Source: Naegleria gruberi (lineage: Eukaryota). From it: a stretch of DNA of 64,000 bases. Made by a program: the position numbers and the translations under genes. The number at the start of each line of letters is the position of its first letter. The stretch's first letter is position 1. The notes beneath the pieces are model-generated. The model was given only the letters and a program-made list of their open reading frames with translations. It had not been told where the DNA came from and did no database searches. The stretch lies in assembly GCA_000004985.1 (NCBI GenBank), contig GG738889.1. The stretch is one strand, 5' to 3'. This document shows positions 21,855 through 31,831 of the stretch, piece by piece.

Positions 21855-23231
21855 TTATTGAATTATGGAAATATCAGAGAGGAGGTTTTTTCTTGAGCAA
21901 TTCAACAAACTCTTGAAAAATCTTTGAACACCCACATTAGCTCTATCCAGATAAAGTACCAAACTATTTGGACCAGTTTTGTAGGTAACTGCTTGTGAGC
22001 TGAATTCCTTTTTCACATCAACAAAAAGGTCATTAACTAAACCTGATGAATTGTATGCATTTCCCTTCAATACTAAAATATCTCCGTCCAATAGGAATGC
22101 CAAATAATCTCTATTCAGTTCCATTGAAATAATTTCTACAGGGAATGGATTGACGATTTGCCTCACATTCAATGATTTGTTTGATGAAGGCAAACCGTAC
22201 TTGTCCTCAATTTCGCTCACTGGAATATTGTTCAGTTTAGGATAATAATCATTACTGGTAGCATATAAATGATAGAATCCATAGATGGATTTTAAGAGTA
22301 AACTATCTGATCCAGCAAATCCAATTGTTGATGCAAAAGCTGGATTGATCCTTCCCATTAATTCCTTTTCTTCAATGCATTGTCCATTAAATGTGCTTCC
22401 TCCTATTATTATTATCATTTGAATAAATATAATATGGTATCAGCAGTATTGACAAGATCATTTCAAATAATTACACTTACCTGTATAAAGAATACCATCC
22501 TGAGTTATTGCACAAACGTGGAAATTACCAGCACACATTTTCATTATTGGAGCATGTGTTCTGACAATGAAATCTGGCCAATTATGTTCGTTACCTCCTT
22601 GAAGCCAATTTTGACCAGTCATGTGTATGTCAGTATTGTTGACAACACAAGTTGAGAAGGAAAATGAACAAGCAATATGAGTGATCTGTCCTCCTGAAGC
22701 CAGTTCAACACCAGGATTGAAGACAGGAATTGGAAAATATGAAAATCTTTCATCTCCACATTCTCTCCGCACTACACTGTTATCAGCCAATTGTCTATAT
22801 TGATTAGTTCCCATTCCATACAATACAGTTTGCTTTTCTTCCACATGTTTAACAAGAAAAATTACTTGTTCAGTGTATGACGATATATCCAACACCTTCT
22901 TTTTAATACCATCAAACTCATCATAGGTTTTCACTAAATATCCAGCATCGGTATTGTTTTGTAGTATTGTGCACTTGTCGTGTCTACTACTATTGGAACC
23001 ATCTTTTTCAATGACAAATACTCTGCCGCTCTCCTCTACAATTCTGATCGTGTTTGGATTGCAATCAACGTGTCTGATCCGAGTAATCTGAGGTATATGA
23101 GCAGTGATCAAATTCAAACGACTAGCAGAGTTGCCAAGAAAATGTGGACCATCAATTGGCTTCTCCTCCTTCGGCGTACTGGCAGAGTAGAAGGCAAATT
23201 TGAGCATTTTTTTTAAAATTTCCAAGTTCAC
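21855..23231 (-). CDS. RCC1-repeat (regulator of chromosome condensation-like) protein, 2 exons (intron 22403..22480)
   Basis: RCC1-type repeats appear in both pieces: LYGMGTNQYRQLA, HIACSFSFSTCVV…IHMTGQNWLQGGNEH, CAGNFHVCAITQDGILYTG and, after the intron, GSTFNGQCIEE. A GTAAGT…AATAG 78-nt intron joins ILYTG|GSTFNGQC in phase 1 and removes the stop of the upstream ORF. The total is about 432 aa. Confidence 0.55.
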
Positions 23232-23369
23232 TTTTCGATTTTTTTGATTTTAAGGAAAATATTGATTTAAGGAAGATATTGTTGTTAAGGAGAAACAGTC
23301 AACAACTGAAGAATTATGTCAGATGCCATACTGATAGCATTGTAAACTTTTATGTGTTAATTTAAAATT

Positions 23370-24692
23370 TTGAAAAAAATGAAAACAATTCAACTTGCGA
23401 GAAGCAAACCATTTTTCGCTTCTAAAACTTGGCAATTAAAAACATCAAATGCTACTAGTATTATTCATCATCACCATCGTCATCATGAAGGAATAAATTC
23501 TTCATGGCGGGAATTTTCATCATCAATTTTATTAAAACAAGAAAAACAAGAGAAATTATCATCAGAAAGTGAAGTTGCTGCGGAAGATGATTCATCATTG
23601 GAATTTATTTCATCATCACAAATGATGAATAATTCCCAACAACAAGTGGTGAATTCTTTTGGTTTTATTACAAGTATGAATATTTTGGAGTTTTCTGATG
23701 ATTCCGAATTGGAGGAATGTAATAGAATTATTTCAACAACAATTTTGAGTGAAAATGGTGCTACTGTCACTGAGGAAAATTTAGTTTTCGGATGTAATGC
23801 ATTGTTGAAGAGAATTTATATTGAAATTTACTTTTTGAGAGATTATGAAAAGGCCAAACAAGATATTGTCTTGGTGAGGAATATAGTCGGAGATAAAATT
23901 ACAGAGGATTTGGATCGATTCCTATCACAATTGAATTCCCATGTCAATATCGAAATTTTGAATGAAAAGATTGCATTGGCCAATACAGAAGGAAATATCA
24001 AATTATTACTTCCACTGGTGGAGAAGAGATGTTTGGAATTGGCTAATGTTGGAAAATATAAACAAAGTTTGGAAGATTTAGATTTTAATATTCAATCCAT
24101 TGAAAAAAGATTGCAGAGTGAAAATGAGGAAGTTACCAAATTGCAAACTCAATTGTTGAACTTGTACAAGCAGAGAATGACTCTATTTGTGAATATTAAA
24201 TTGGAAATGGAAAGATTATTAGTTGTTGGGCAAGAATTATCAACTCTGTCTCATGATTCAAGTCAGGAGTCTGTTCATCTCTATTTCACAACCACCTCTC
24301 TCAATGATTCACGACACAAACTCAATGGTGGCAATATGGATCTCATCAGAGAATTTGAAAATATATTTTTAAAGGAAGAGGAAAAAGCTCGATTGTGGGA
24401 CATTTCACAGGCAAGAACATTCCAGAGAAATCTGTTACCTCTCTCAACAATTGTAGTTGAGAAATGTGTGCGTGAAATTAGGGCCAACCTGAGCAGAGCT
24501 GAACAATTACTCGACAAGACCAACCCATCCTATCACTTTACAGAAATCAAGGAAGCCATCGAGAATGACATTAAGAAACAAAAGACAGAACAAATCAACA
24601 AGTACATTATCTATTTCGGACTTGGTTTGAGTTTAATCTTTCTCATCCTGTCCAGTCCAAGAGTTGGAATTATCAAGATCAAACCACAATAA
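23370..24692 (+). CDS. Hypothetical coiled-coil protein with C-terminal transmembrane anchor (tail-anchored)
   Basis: The 440-aa ORF has a likely true ATG at 23379 and a His-run near the N-terminus. Long heptad-like segments are present (e.g. LQSENEEVTKLQTQLLNLYKQRM). A single hydrophobic segment YIIYFGLGLSLIFLILSS sits at the extreme C-terminus. No recognisable catalytic motifs. Confidence 0.4.
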   Translation: MKKMKTIQLARSKPFFASKTWQLKTSNATSIIHHHHRHHEGINSSWREFSSSILLKQEKQEKLSSESEVAAEDDSSLEFISSSQMMNNSQQQVVNSFGFITSMNILEFSDDSELEECNRIISTTILSENGATVTEENLVFGCNALLKRIYIEIYFLRDYEKAKQDIVLVRNIVGDKITEDLDRFLSQLNSHVNIEILNEKIALANTEGNIKLLLPLVEKRCLELANVGKYKQSLEDLDFNIQSIEKRLQSENEEVTKLQTQLLNLYKQRMTLFVNIKLEMERLLVVGQELSTLSHDSSQESVHLYFTTTSLNDSRHKLNGGNMDLIREFENIFLKEEEKARLWDISQARTFQRNLLPLSTIVVEKCVREIRANLSRAEQLLDKTNPSYHFTEIKEAIENDIKKQKTEQINKYIIYFGLGLSLIFLILSSPRVGIIKIKPQ

Positions 24693-24811
24693 ATCTTAAA
24701 GATTTCTATTGATGTCCTCCATTGGTTTCAGCTGATAATTCCAACTCATTTAATAATTGCCAATTTGGATTCTCATTTCGAACAGATTCCGTTTCAGATG
24801 AACTTTAAAAA

Positions 24812-26455
24812 ATGTCTCGAAAGAAGCAAGCACACAAACGATCATCTCAAAACAAAGAGCAAAAATCAACACACAAACAGCCAAAGAATGAAATTGATCA
24901 GAAGAGAGATTCGACACATAACAATGTGAAGGCACCATATGAGAGAAAAGAAAACAAATTCAATTGTTTACAAGTCCCCGAAGTGGTGATGAATATATTT
25001 TCATTTGCCATTCAACCTGCTGTGTTGTTTAGATATAATTTGGTGTGTCGGGTATGGAATCTAGTGGTAGACAGTGAAAACTTCTATAACAATTATATAA
25101 AGGAGCTGAAACCAGTGGAGGAAATGGATTTGATCGATAGAGTGTTCATGTGGACTGAATATTGCTCAATTTACGAGCCTATTCTGTATGAGCATTATTT
25201 GGATTTTAAGAGAAGAATGATAATAGCGTCTGAGAGTGATAAAAGAGATGTGCATTTAAAGTTAATCTCAAAAGATGAAGTTTTCTCATTCAAACTGAGT
25301 GCTAATAATGATTACACCGTTATTGAAATTGAATCTCTGCAACAACCTTCTTTTAAATTTGTGTCACACAAGTATTCTTATTATAGTCGAGTTGCAGACG
25401 AAATTTTAGAAGATTACTTGACTACCAACGAGAGATACTTGAGCAATTTCAAAGAAGCTCACTTTCCAAATGTTCCCAATAGTGGTTTTTATTCAATTCT
25501 TGAAAGTTTAGTGATGGGTAGATATTGTGAATTATGTTGGTTCTTGAGAGAATTGCAATCCTATACTTCCAGATCCCAAGCTATACAGAGCTATTATAAC
25601 TTCACCAATCCAGATAATAGCATATTGGAAAGAACTTTGGTTTATCAAGACTGGGAACTCACTAGTAAGCTAGTGAATAGAGGCCATTTCATTTCAAAGA
25701 GACAATTGGAAAATATGGTTTGTAGACTTCCGAACTCGAAGCCATTCGTTGCAAGATTTGTTATGACCTATTTGAAATTTAACAAATTGAATATTGAGGA
25801 CTATTTCAAAGCTCCATTAGAAACTCTATTCGATACTGGTACCTTTCATCCTGGAGAATTATGTAAAATTTTCATTGAAGAAGGAGGTGTCAAATGCCCA
25901 GAAGTTCTCATAGATATTGTGGGAGAAATAGGAAGTATGCAAGTCAATTATGAAGCGCTCGACTATCTGAAAAGTGTCTATCCATCACTGATATGTCCAC
26001 TCGATACCAGATCCATTAGAAAACAAAAGAAACCAAATTTACGTTTCATTTTCCAAGATGAACCTCAATATAAGAAAGAATATGATGTTCTATACCTATC
26101 AAAAAATATAGACAATATGTATCAATGTACTTTCCTTCCAAATAGATTTACATCTCTAAATTCTCAAGGACAACATTCCATATTGAAAGAAATGTGCAAT
26201 GGAATATTTGATGCGATTTTGTTTAGACCTGTAACATTTGATAAGGATTTTATAGAGACAATATTGAAAGAAATCAAAGAGGTGGCTCAATCTAAACCAG
26301 TTGCCTTGGTTTGTTTTTATTCGAAGTTGTGTGAACATCGTCAAATGTTGAGAGAATTATTCAAACTATTGAAAGATGTGTATTTAATCATTGAACAAGA
26401 ACCCTATCCAAGCTTTGCCCTTTACAATAACATCTTTCAACAAGACAATTATTGA
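24812..26455 (+). CDS. F-box-like domain protein (hypothetical)
   Basis: The 547-aa ORF starts at a real ATG with a basic N-terminus. It has an F-box-like segment LQVPEVVMNIFSFAIQPAVLFRYNLVCRVWNLVVDSENFYNNYI. The rest is unannotatable from sequence alone. Confidence 0.4.
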   Translation: MSRKKQAHKRSSQNKEQKSTHKQPKNEIDQKRDSTHNNVKAPYERKENKFNCLQVPEVVMNIFSFAIQPAVLFRYNLVCRVWNLVVDSENFYNNYIKELKPVEEMDLIDRVFMWTEYCSIYEPILYEHYLDFKRRMIIASESDKRDVHLKLISKDEVFSFKLSANNDYTVIEIESLQQPSFKFVSHKYSYYSRVADEILEDYLTTNERYLSNFKEAHFPNVPNSGFYSILESLVMGRYCELCWFLRELQSYTSRSQAIQSYYNFTNPDNSILERTLVYQDWELTSKLVNRGHFISKRQLENMVCRLPNSKPFVARFVMTYLKFNKLNIEDYFKAPLETLFDTGTFHPGELCKIFIEEGGVKCPEVLIDIVGEIGSMQVNYEALDYLKSVYPSLICPLDTRSIRKQKKPNLRFIFQDEPQYKKEYDVLYLSKNIDNMYQCTFLPNRFTSLNSQGQHSILKEMCNGIFDAILFRPVTFDKDFIETILKEIKEVAQSKPVALVCFYSKLCEHRQMLRELFKLLKDVYLIIEQEPYPSFALYNNIFQQDNY

Positions 26456-26635
26456 GTGTTCCATTCTTTGTAGCCAATTTGTTCTGAGAAATTAGTACTA
26501 TATTAAGATCTTCCATAAACTTTAATAAATTCAATTCTGAATTGAAATCTATTAAAATTACTTGTTGTAACTCGGTAAATTTCCAATTAGAACCTCCAAA
26601 ACACAATTTCAAAAATTATATATTAATCAAAAAAA

Positions 26636-28213
26636 ATGGCAAACTACAAACGACTGACCCGTGATGTTGAATACTTCATCAGAAAGGAATATCTGGAAAG
26701 ATTGAAGAAGATCGGAGGTGATTTTTCATTGCCCACACGATCACTAAATAATTCCAATAATTCCTTCATGCTAATTGTGAATCCAATGATCATTTCTCAA
26801 CATGTATTTTCTTACTTTGAAGCTTATTCATCTGATTGGACTCGATTCTTGTTGGTTTGTAAAGAATGGTTTGAATGTATTGTCATGCAGGACGATGGAT
26901 TGTTGTGGAGAGAATTGTACAGAAGCATGCTCAACGGAATGACTAAATATTATAAAGTCCTTTCGCCATTCAATTCATTGAATTATCAATTGGAAAGCTT
27001 TGATTCGATTCGCCAACAAGATGTGAATTCATATCGTGTGAATGAGGAAAATTGTAATGATGAGAAATTTAAGGAAATTCCAGACAAGACATGGAAGGAA
27101 AATTATGACGACATTCTGATTCATAGTTTGGGATTGAAGAAACTCGAGACTGAATTCGATTCCAAGACTACGAGATATATTGCCAGATGCTTCCTAGATG
27201 CTGAAGTCAAGTTTAGAAATAGAGGAGAATTAGCAAGTGTCAGAGAACTCTTCCTACACAAATTCCTATTTGATGCCATCTTTCCAATGATTTTAAAGAA
27301 TCGAGTTGAAAGTCAAAAATATGAAAATCCACTATTAAGAAGTGATTTGAAAATTTTGGAAAAGAAATTGTACTTTGTTGAGACATCATGGTGTATTGAT
27401 ACCCTTTTAAATATTATGGAAGTTAAAAAGGGACTCATGTTGAGAATTTCATACTTGTCGAGTGAGGATGGACTGGTTCACCACCAATTCTATGGAACCA
27501 CAGAGAATGATAGAAATTTGAAATTCTTAATTGATGTAGAGGAGAGCTCGATCATTCTAGATGCCATTCCTGTTGACATTCACCAAAATTTGAGACACAG
27601 CACAGAGTTCGAAACTATTCAATTAGCCACTGGAATGGATTCCATCATTCATGAAGAATTCACTCATTATCTTACAACTTTACAAGAATTACTTGAGAAA
27701 AAGTTTGGTAACATTCACTTGGCTGAATTATTCTGTAAATATTGGTACTGTATCAATCGAATTGAAGACCCAGTTTCGGTCTCTTTCTCTGATGAAAATC
27801 CATTCTGGTTCTTGGATATTCTCTCCAAAAAGGCAAAAACCTCAATCGAGAAGAAATTCTTAGATTCACTCTCAGTTTCATGTGTTTCAATTCTTACAAT
27901 GTGCAGACAAACTCAAAAAGATTGGATATCACTTTCATCCTTTCATCTTGGAATTGAAGATAAGAAGAAGAAGAAGAAGAAACAGGAAACCCAACCTGAA
28001 AGTAAGGATCTTACCCAGGTAAATTCGAAACTCGAAACCTTTAATCTCTCGGTGGACGATTGTTGGAATTGGCGAGGAATTTTGATAAGGCAGAAGGATA
28101 GTAGAGTTGTATTAGAAGGATTAATTACCAGTAGAGAGGGAATCCTTCTCTTTGGCTTGGATGTTTATAATGCTGAACAGGGTTGCTTCTTTACATTTAA
28201 AAAATTAAATTAA
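26636..28213 (+). CDS. F-box-like domain protein (hypothetical), tandem to previous
   Basis: The 525-aa ORF starts at a real ATG. It has an F-box-like segment IISQHVFSYFEAYSSDWTRFLLVCKEWFECIVMQDDGLLWRELY and an internal KKKKKKK run encoded by an (AAG)n microsatellite at ~27961-27985. It is in the same orientation as, and immediately downstream of, the other F-box-like gene. Confidence 0.4.
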   Translation: MANYKRLTRDVEYFIRKEYLERLKKIGGDFSLPTRSLNNSNNSFMLIVNPMIISQHVFSYFEAYSSDWTRFLLVCKEWFECIVMQDDGLLWRELYRSMLNGMTKYYKVLSPFNSLNYQLESFDSIRQQDVNSYRVNEENCNDEKFKEIPDKTWKENYDDILIHSLGLKKLETEFDSKTTRYIARCFLDAEVKFRNRGELASVRELFLHKFLFDAIFPMILKNRVESQKYENPLLRSDLKILEKKLYFVETSWCIDTLLNIMEVKKGLMLRISYLSSEDGLVHHQFYGTTENDRNLKFLIDVEESSIILDAIPVDIHQNLRHSTEFETIQLATGMDSIIHEEFTHYLTTLQELLEKKFGNIHLAELFCKYWYCINRIEDPVSVSFSDENPFWFLDILSKKAKTSIEKKFLDSLSVSCVSILTMCRQTQKDWISLSSFHLGIEDKKKKKKKQETQPESKDLTQVNSKLETFNLSVDDCWNWRGILIRQKDSRVVLEGLITSREGILLFGLDVYNAEQGCFFTFKKLN

Positions 28214-28878
28214 AAGAAGTTTAGTCTACTTTCTTCAACTTGATTTTTGAACATTTTGTTGCGAAAATTAATTTTTATCAAATTTTGTTGTCAGGTGAGT
28301 ATTAAATTGATTTGGTTTTCTATTAACCAATTTCGAATAGTGGCCGTCAGAAGTATTCTCTTTCCGATACTCGAGTAGATTTTGTTATCCAACACAACAC
28401 CAAGACGAATCTATTGTAATGTGTGAAAAATCGCACAGTTTGTGTTCAAGTCAACTTTGCACGTTGCCACTTTCAAAATATTCCCTCACCCAAACCGCAA
28501 GCAAGGTTAACACAAAAAAAAACTGTCACTTGCCAGTTGGTCTTTCCCTTGTACATTTTCGCATCCATTATCCAAAAAGGCAAGACACCTTCACACACAT
28601 TATTCTCTCAATAGTGTTGTCGTGCACGCAACAAACACACTCTTGGCTACCACTAAAATACCCAACAGAACAACAACGAGAGTAGAGTAGTATCAAAAGC
28701 GCGCCATAACAACCCATCACTGGACATTAACAATCTATCTTTCACAACACACAGTTTTCAACATCGATATTGTGTTTTTATTTCACTCTCAGATTGATAC
28801 CAACAACAATATTTATATTGAATCTTTTTTATACATCTATTTGCTTTGGAATTTACAAATTGAGAATTTTACCACTTT

Positions 28879-31110
28879 ATGTTGAATATTCACAATTTAC
28901 CAATCACAGCAACAATAACTCTACCTAAACCAACAACACTCAACAATAACTCTAATAACTTTTCAACAACAACTACTCTAAACATGTTACAAGCAGATTT
29001 GAGTATTCTATCCGGTAACAACACTTCCACCACTCAACAAGGAAGAGCTGGAGGTCTTATTCTTGGTAATGGCAATAACAACCTCTCCTCTTCTCCTTCA
29101 CCTTCTGGTGCTGCTACTTCTTCTTTATTGTCTTCCTCTCCACACTTGATGGGAAGTATTCATCATTTGGTATCTGATAATTCTAATATGAACATGAATA
29201 ATAGTAACAATAACAATTTGATGCCTGCTAATAATTTGGTGGGCGTTGGTGCTTCCTATTCATATTTATTGAATAATATGAATAGTAACAACAACAATAA
29301 TAATACTAATAATAATAATATGATTAATAATAATATGAATAATATGAATAATAATAATAATACTATTAATTCATCTACTAATGGTGGAATTAATAGTGGT
29401 AATAATAATAACTCTTATATGGAGTATCAACAATTGTTGTTTGAGAGACAGAGTTTGAGTCCTTTCCAACCAATCATTCCACTCACTATCAAATTATTAG
29501 ATGAACGTATTCAATATTATCAAAATTCATCCATTCTTTCTCAACAACAACAATCGAATACTGTTTCGAATAATCCATCTCCTAACCTAAATGCTCAACC
29601 TCCAAAGAAGAAACTTAACTCTCTCGTTGTTCACCAACCACCCATTCTCTACAATCAACAAACAACATCTCTTACAAGTCCAACTCTATTGAACAGTGGT
29701 ATCAATTCTAATAGCACTCCAACTCCAACTCTTGGTACTGCCTCCTTGTTGAGTGAATTGGTTGCTGCTTCAAATAATAACAGCAGCAGTACTGGTAGTA
29801 CTAATTCTACTGCTAGCACTACTCCAAATGCACAACAACAATTGACTACTTCTTCAAACAATGGTGGAAGTAGTGGAAATGTGAGTGCATCTTCATTGAT
29901 TGATGATGAATCTCCATTCAATTTATCAGCTTCTGCCAATGCTTCCTTTTCTCTATTCAAGAGTCCTAGTAATGCTGGTGGAAACTCAACTATTGGAGCC
30001 AATTTGCAAATTCTCAAGGGAAATTCCCAACAACAATTGAACATTAATAATAATGGAACCATGCCTCCTCCTCAGTCTCCTGCCATGAATATTCCAACCA
30101 ACAATAATAGTATTGCAGTCAATAATTCACAACAATCATCTAATAGTATTGTTGTCAATAACTCTGCCAATAATACTTCTACTACTCCTTCCGGAAATAA
30201 GGCAAGCATTGTTGTTGTGGCAAGTAATAATAATAGCAATAGCACATCAACAGCTCCTGGAGCTAAAAAGTTGCAAGATGGAACTACAAGTAAGATTATT
30301 TCTGCTCTCGATGTTGGTTCTTCAATCATGACTCCAAATAGCACAACTACACCATCCCCAACTGGTTCTACTCAATCATCAACTGCCTCTGATTCAATTG
30401 GTGGTAGTGATGAGTTTACCTTCCTTAGATATGAGAATGTGGACATTAAGCAAAAGATTGTCAATTCCTATACTGTTCTCTTGTTCATTCCTCAAGCAGA
30501 ATTCCCAGAGTACAACTTTATTGGACGTATTTTAGGTCCAAAGGGAAGTTATTTAGATCAAATTAGAAAGAATTCCAATTGTTTTATTAGAATTAGAGGT
30601 AGAGGATTGAACTTGAACAATGGAAGTCCAATTCCACAAATGCCACTCGTACAAAGCAATCCAACCAATGACAGTGATGTCTATGCATCATATCCACTCC
30701 ATGTCTTTATTGAAGGTAAGGGACAAGCAACCAACAAGAGAAAGAACTTGCAAAAGGGAATTCAACTCATGCTTCCTCTTCTTGTTCCAACTGAATATGA
30801 AAAGGACATTTTGAAGAGATGGCAATTACAACAATGGAGAAATGAAAAGAATTCAAATGGAGATAAGATGGTCTCACCTCCTCTCCCTCTTCCAAACTCA
30901 TTTAATTCAAGCAATGCTGACTTGATTTACTCGTCCTCTCCAACTAATATTGGAGGACAACCAGGTGGATACAAAGATTCAGGAAGTTACAGCTCTCTCT
31001 CTTACGATGATGATGAGGGCGATTTTGATAATGAGCTTTCTGAAGATAAATTGAGTCCAAACAGCACCAACTATTTGAACAGATATCACCCATATCGTTC
31101 TCATATTTAA
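28879..31110 (+). CDS. STAR/GSG-family KH-domain RNA-binding protein (Sam68/Quaking-like) with long Asn/Ser/Gln-rich low-complexity arms
   Basis: The KH/GSG core YNFIGRILGPKGSYLDQIRKNSNCFIRIRGRG…YPLHVFIEGKG…LMLPLLVP matches Sam68/QKI ([33 protein letters not shown]…LHVFIEV…FLVP). The N-terminal 500 aa are poly-N, poly-S, poly-Q and poly-T low complexity. Confidence 0.6.
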   Translation: MLNIHNLPITATITLPKPTTLNNNSNNFSTTTTLNMLQADLSILSGNNTSTTQQGRAGGLILGNGNNNLSSSPSPSGAATSSLLSSSPHLMGSIHHLVSDNSNMNMNNSNNNNLMPANNLVGVGASYSYLLNNMNSNNNNNNTNNNNMINNNMNNMNNNNNTINSSTNGGINSGNNNNSYMEYQQLLFERQSLSPFQPIIPLTIKLLDERIQYYQNSSILSQQQQSNTVSNNPSPNLNAQPPKKKLNSLVVHQPPILYNQQTTSLTSPTLLNSGINSNSTPTPTLGTASLLSELVAASNNNSSSTGSTNSTASTTPNAQQQLTTSSNNGGSSGNVSASSLIDDESPFNLSASANASFSLFKSPSNAGGNSTIGANLQILKGNSQQQLNINNNGTMPPPQSPAMNIPTNNNSIAVNNSQQSSNSIVVNNSANNTSTTPSGNKASIVVVASNNNSNSTSTAPGAKKLQDGTTSKIISALDVGSSIMTPNSTTTPSPTGSTQSSTASDSIGGSDEFTFLRYENVDIKQKIVNSYTVLLFIPQAEFPEYNFIGRILGPKGSYLDQIRKNSNCFIRIRGRGLNLNNGSPIPQMPLVQSNPTNDSDVYASYPLHVFIEGKGQATNKRKNLQKGIQLMLPLLVPTEYEKDILKRWQLQQWRNEKNSNGDKMVSPPLPLPNSFNSSNADLIYSSSPTNIGGQPGGYKDSGSYSSLSYDDDEGDFDNELSEDKLSPNSTNYLNRYHPYRSHI

Positions 31111-31831
31111 TTATTAACCATTCACACAATTTTGACTGATACTCACTTTTTCTAAGGTCATTTTCTTTTTAATTGTACTAATTTTTTTCACTCACCACAC
31201 ATTACTTTTTCAAACTCTAAGCACGCTTATAAACACTTGTTATTTGCAAAGAATACATATTCAAATCTTGTGGATTTAGTTTTGTACAAAAATAGTTATC
31301 TTTTCAATAAGTATTCGAAGGAAAATATTAGTATAGAGCATTGTTTGTTTTAAAGCGAAATATTTAGATTTACTAATGCTGATTCACTAGGTTTCGTGAT
31401 GAACATGTTCATTGGTAATGAAACAAGTTTCCAAATCGACATTCAACAATTCAATAGATGTATCTAATTGTAGAGTTTCTTCATATCCAACCACTAAAGC
31501 TAGAAACTGTGCCAAGCATGACTAAAATCATTACAATAACCCTCGCCTTACTTAACATGGATAAAAACAATTTCAGTACGTTATAATGGTGCAAAGATAT
31601 ATATTAAGCCACTCCCACTATCAAGACAAATAAGTTGTCCTTTCCTCAATTCCCTCTCAATCACAAATATCACAAGTGCATCTCAATCGCAAAGTGCCCA
31701 GTTGGACTTCCTGAAATGGCTCATAATTTTATCTACAACAGACCAATTAGATTCGATGGCAATTTCAAGTTCCTTATTTGTGACTAACCCCACTACGCCT
31801 CGTAGTATATTTTCACACCTTAAAAAAAACA

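Noticed and set aside
29655-30344. Minus-strand ORFs of 135 and 90 aa (Leu/Val-rich) plus the plus-strand 30113..30331 ORF inside the STAR/KH gene
   Set aside because: These are antisense or off-frame readings of the AAT/AAC/TCT-rich low-complexity region. Hydrophobic antisense ORFs are an expected artefact.
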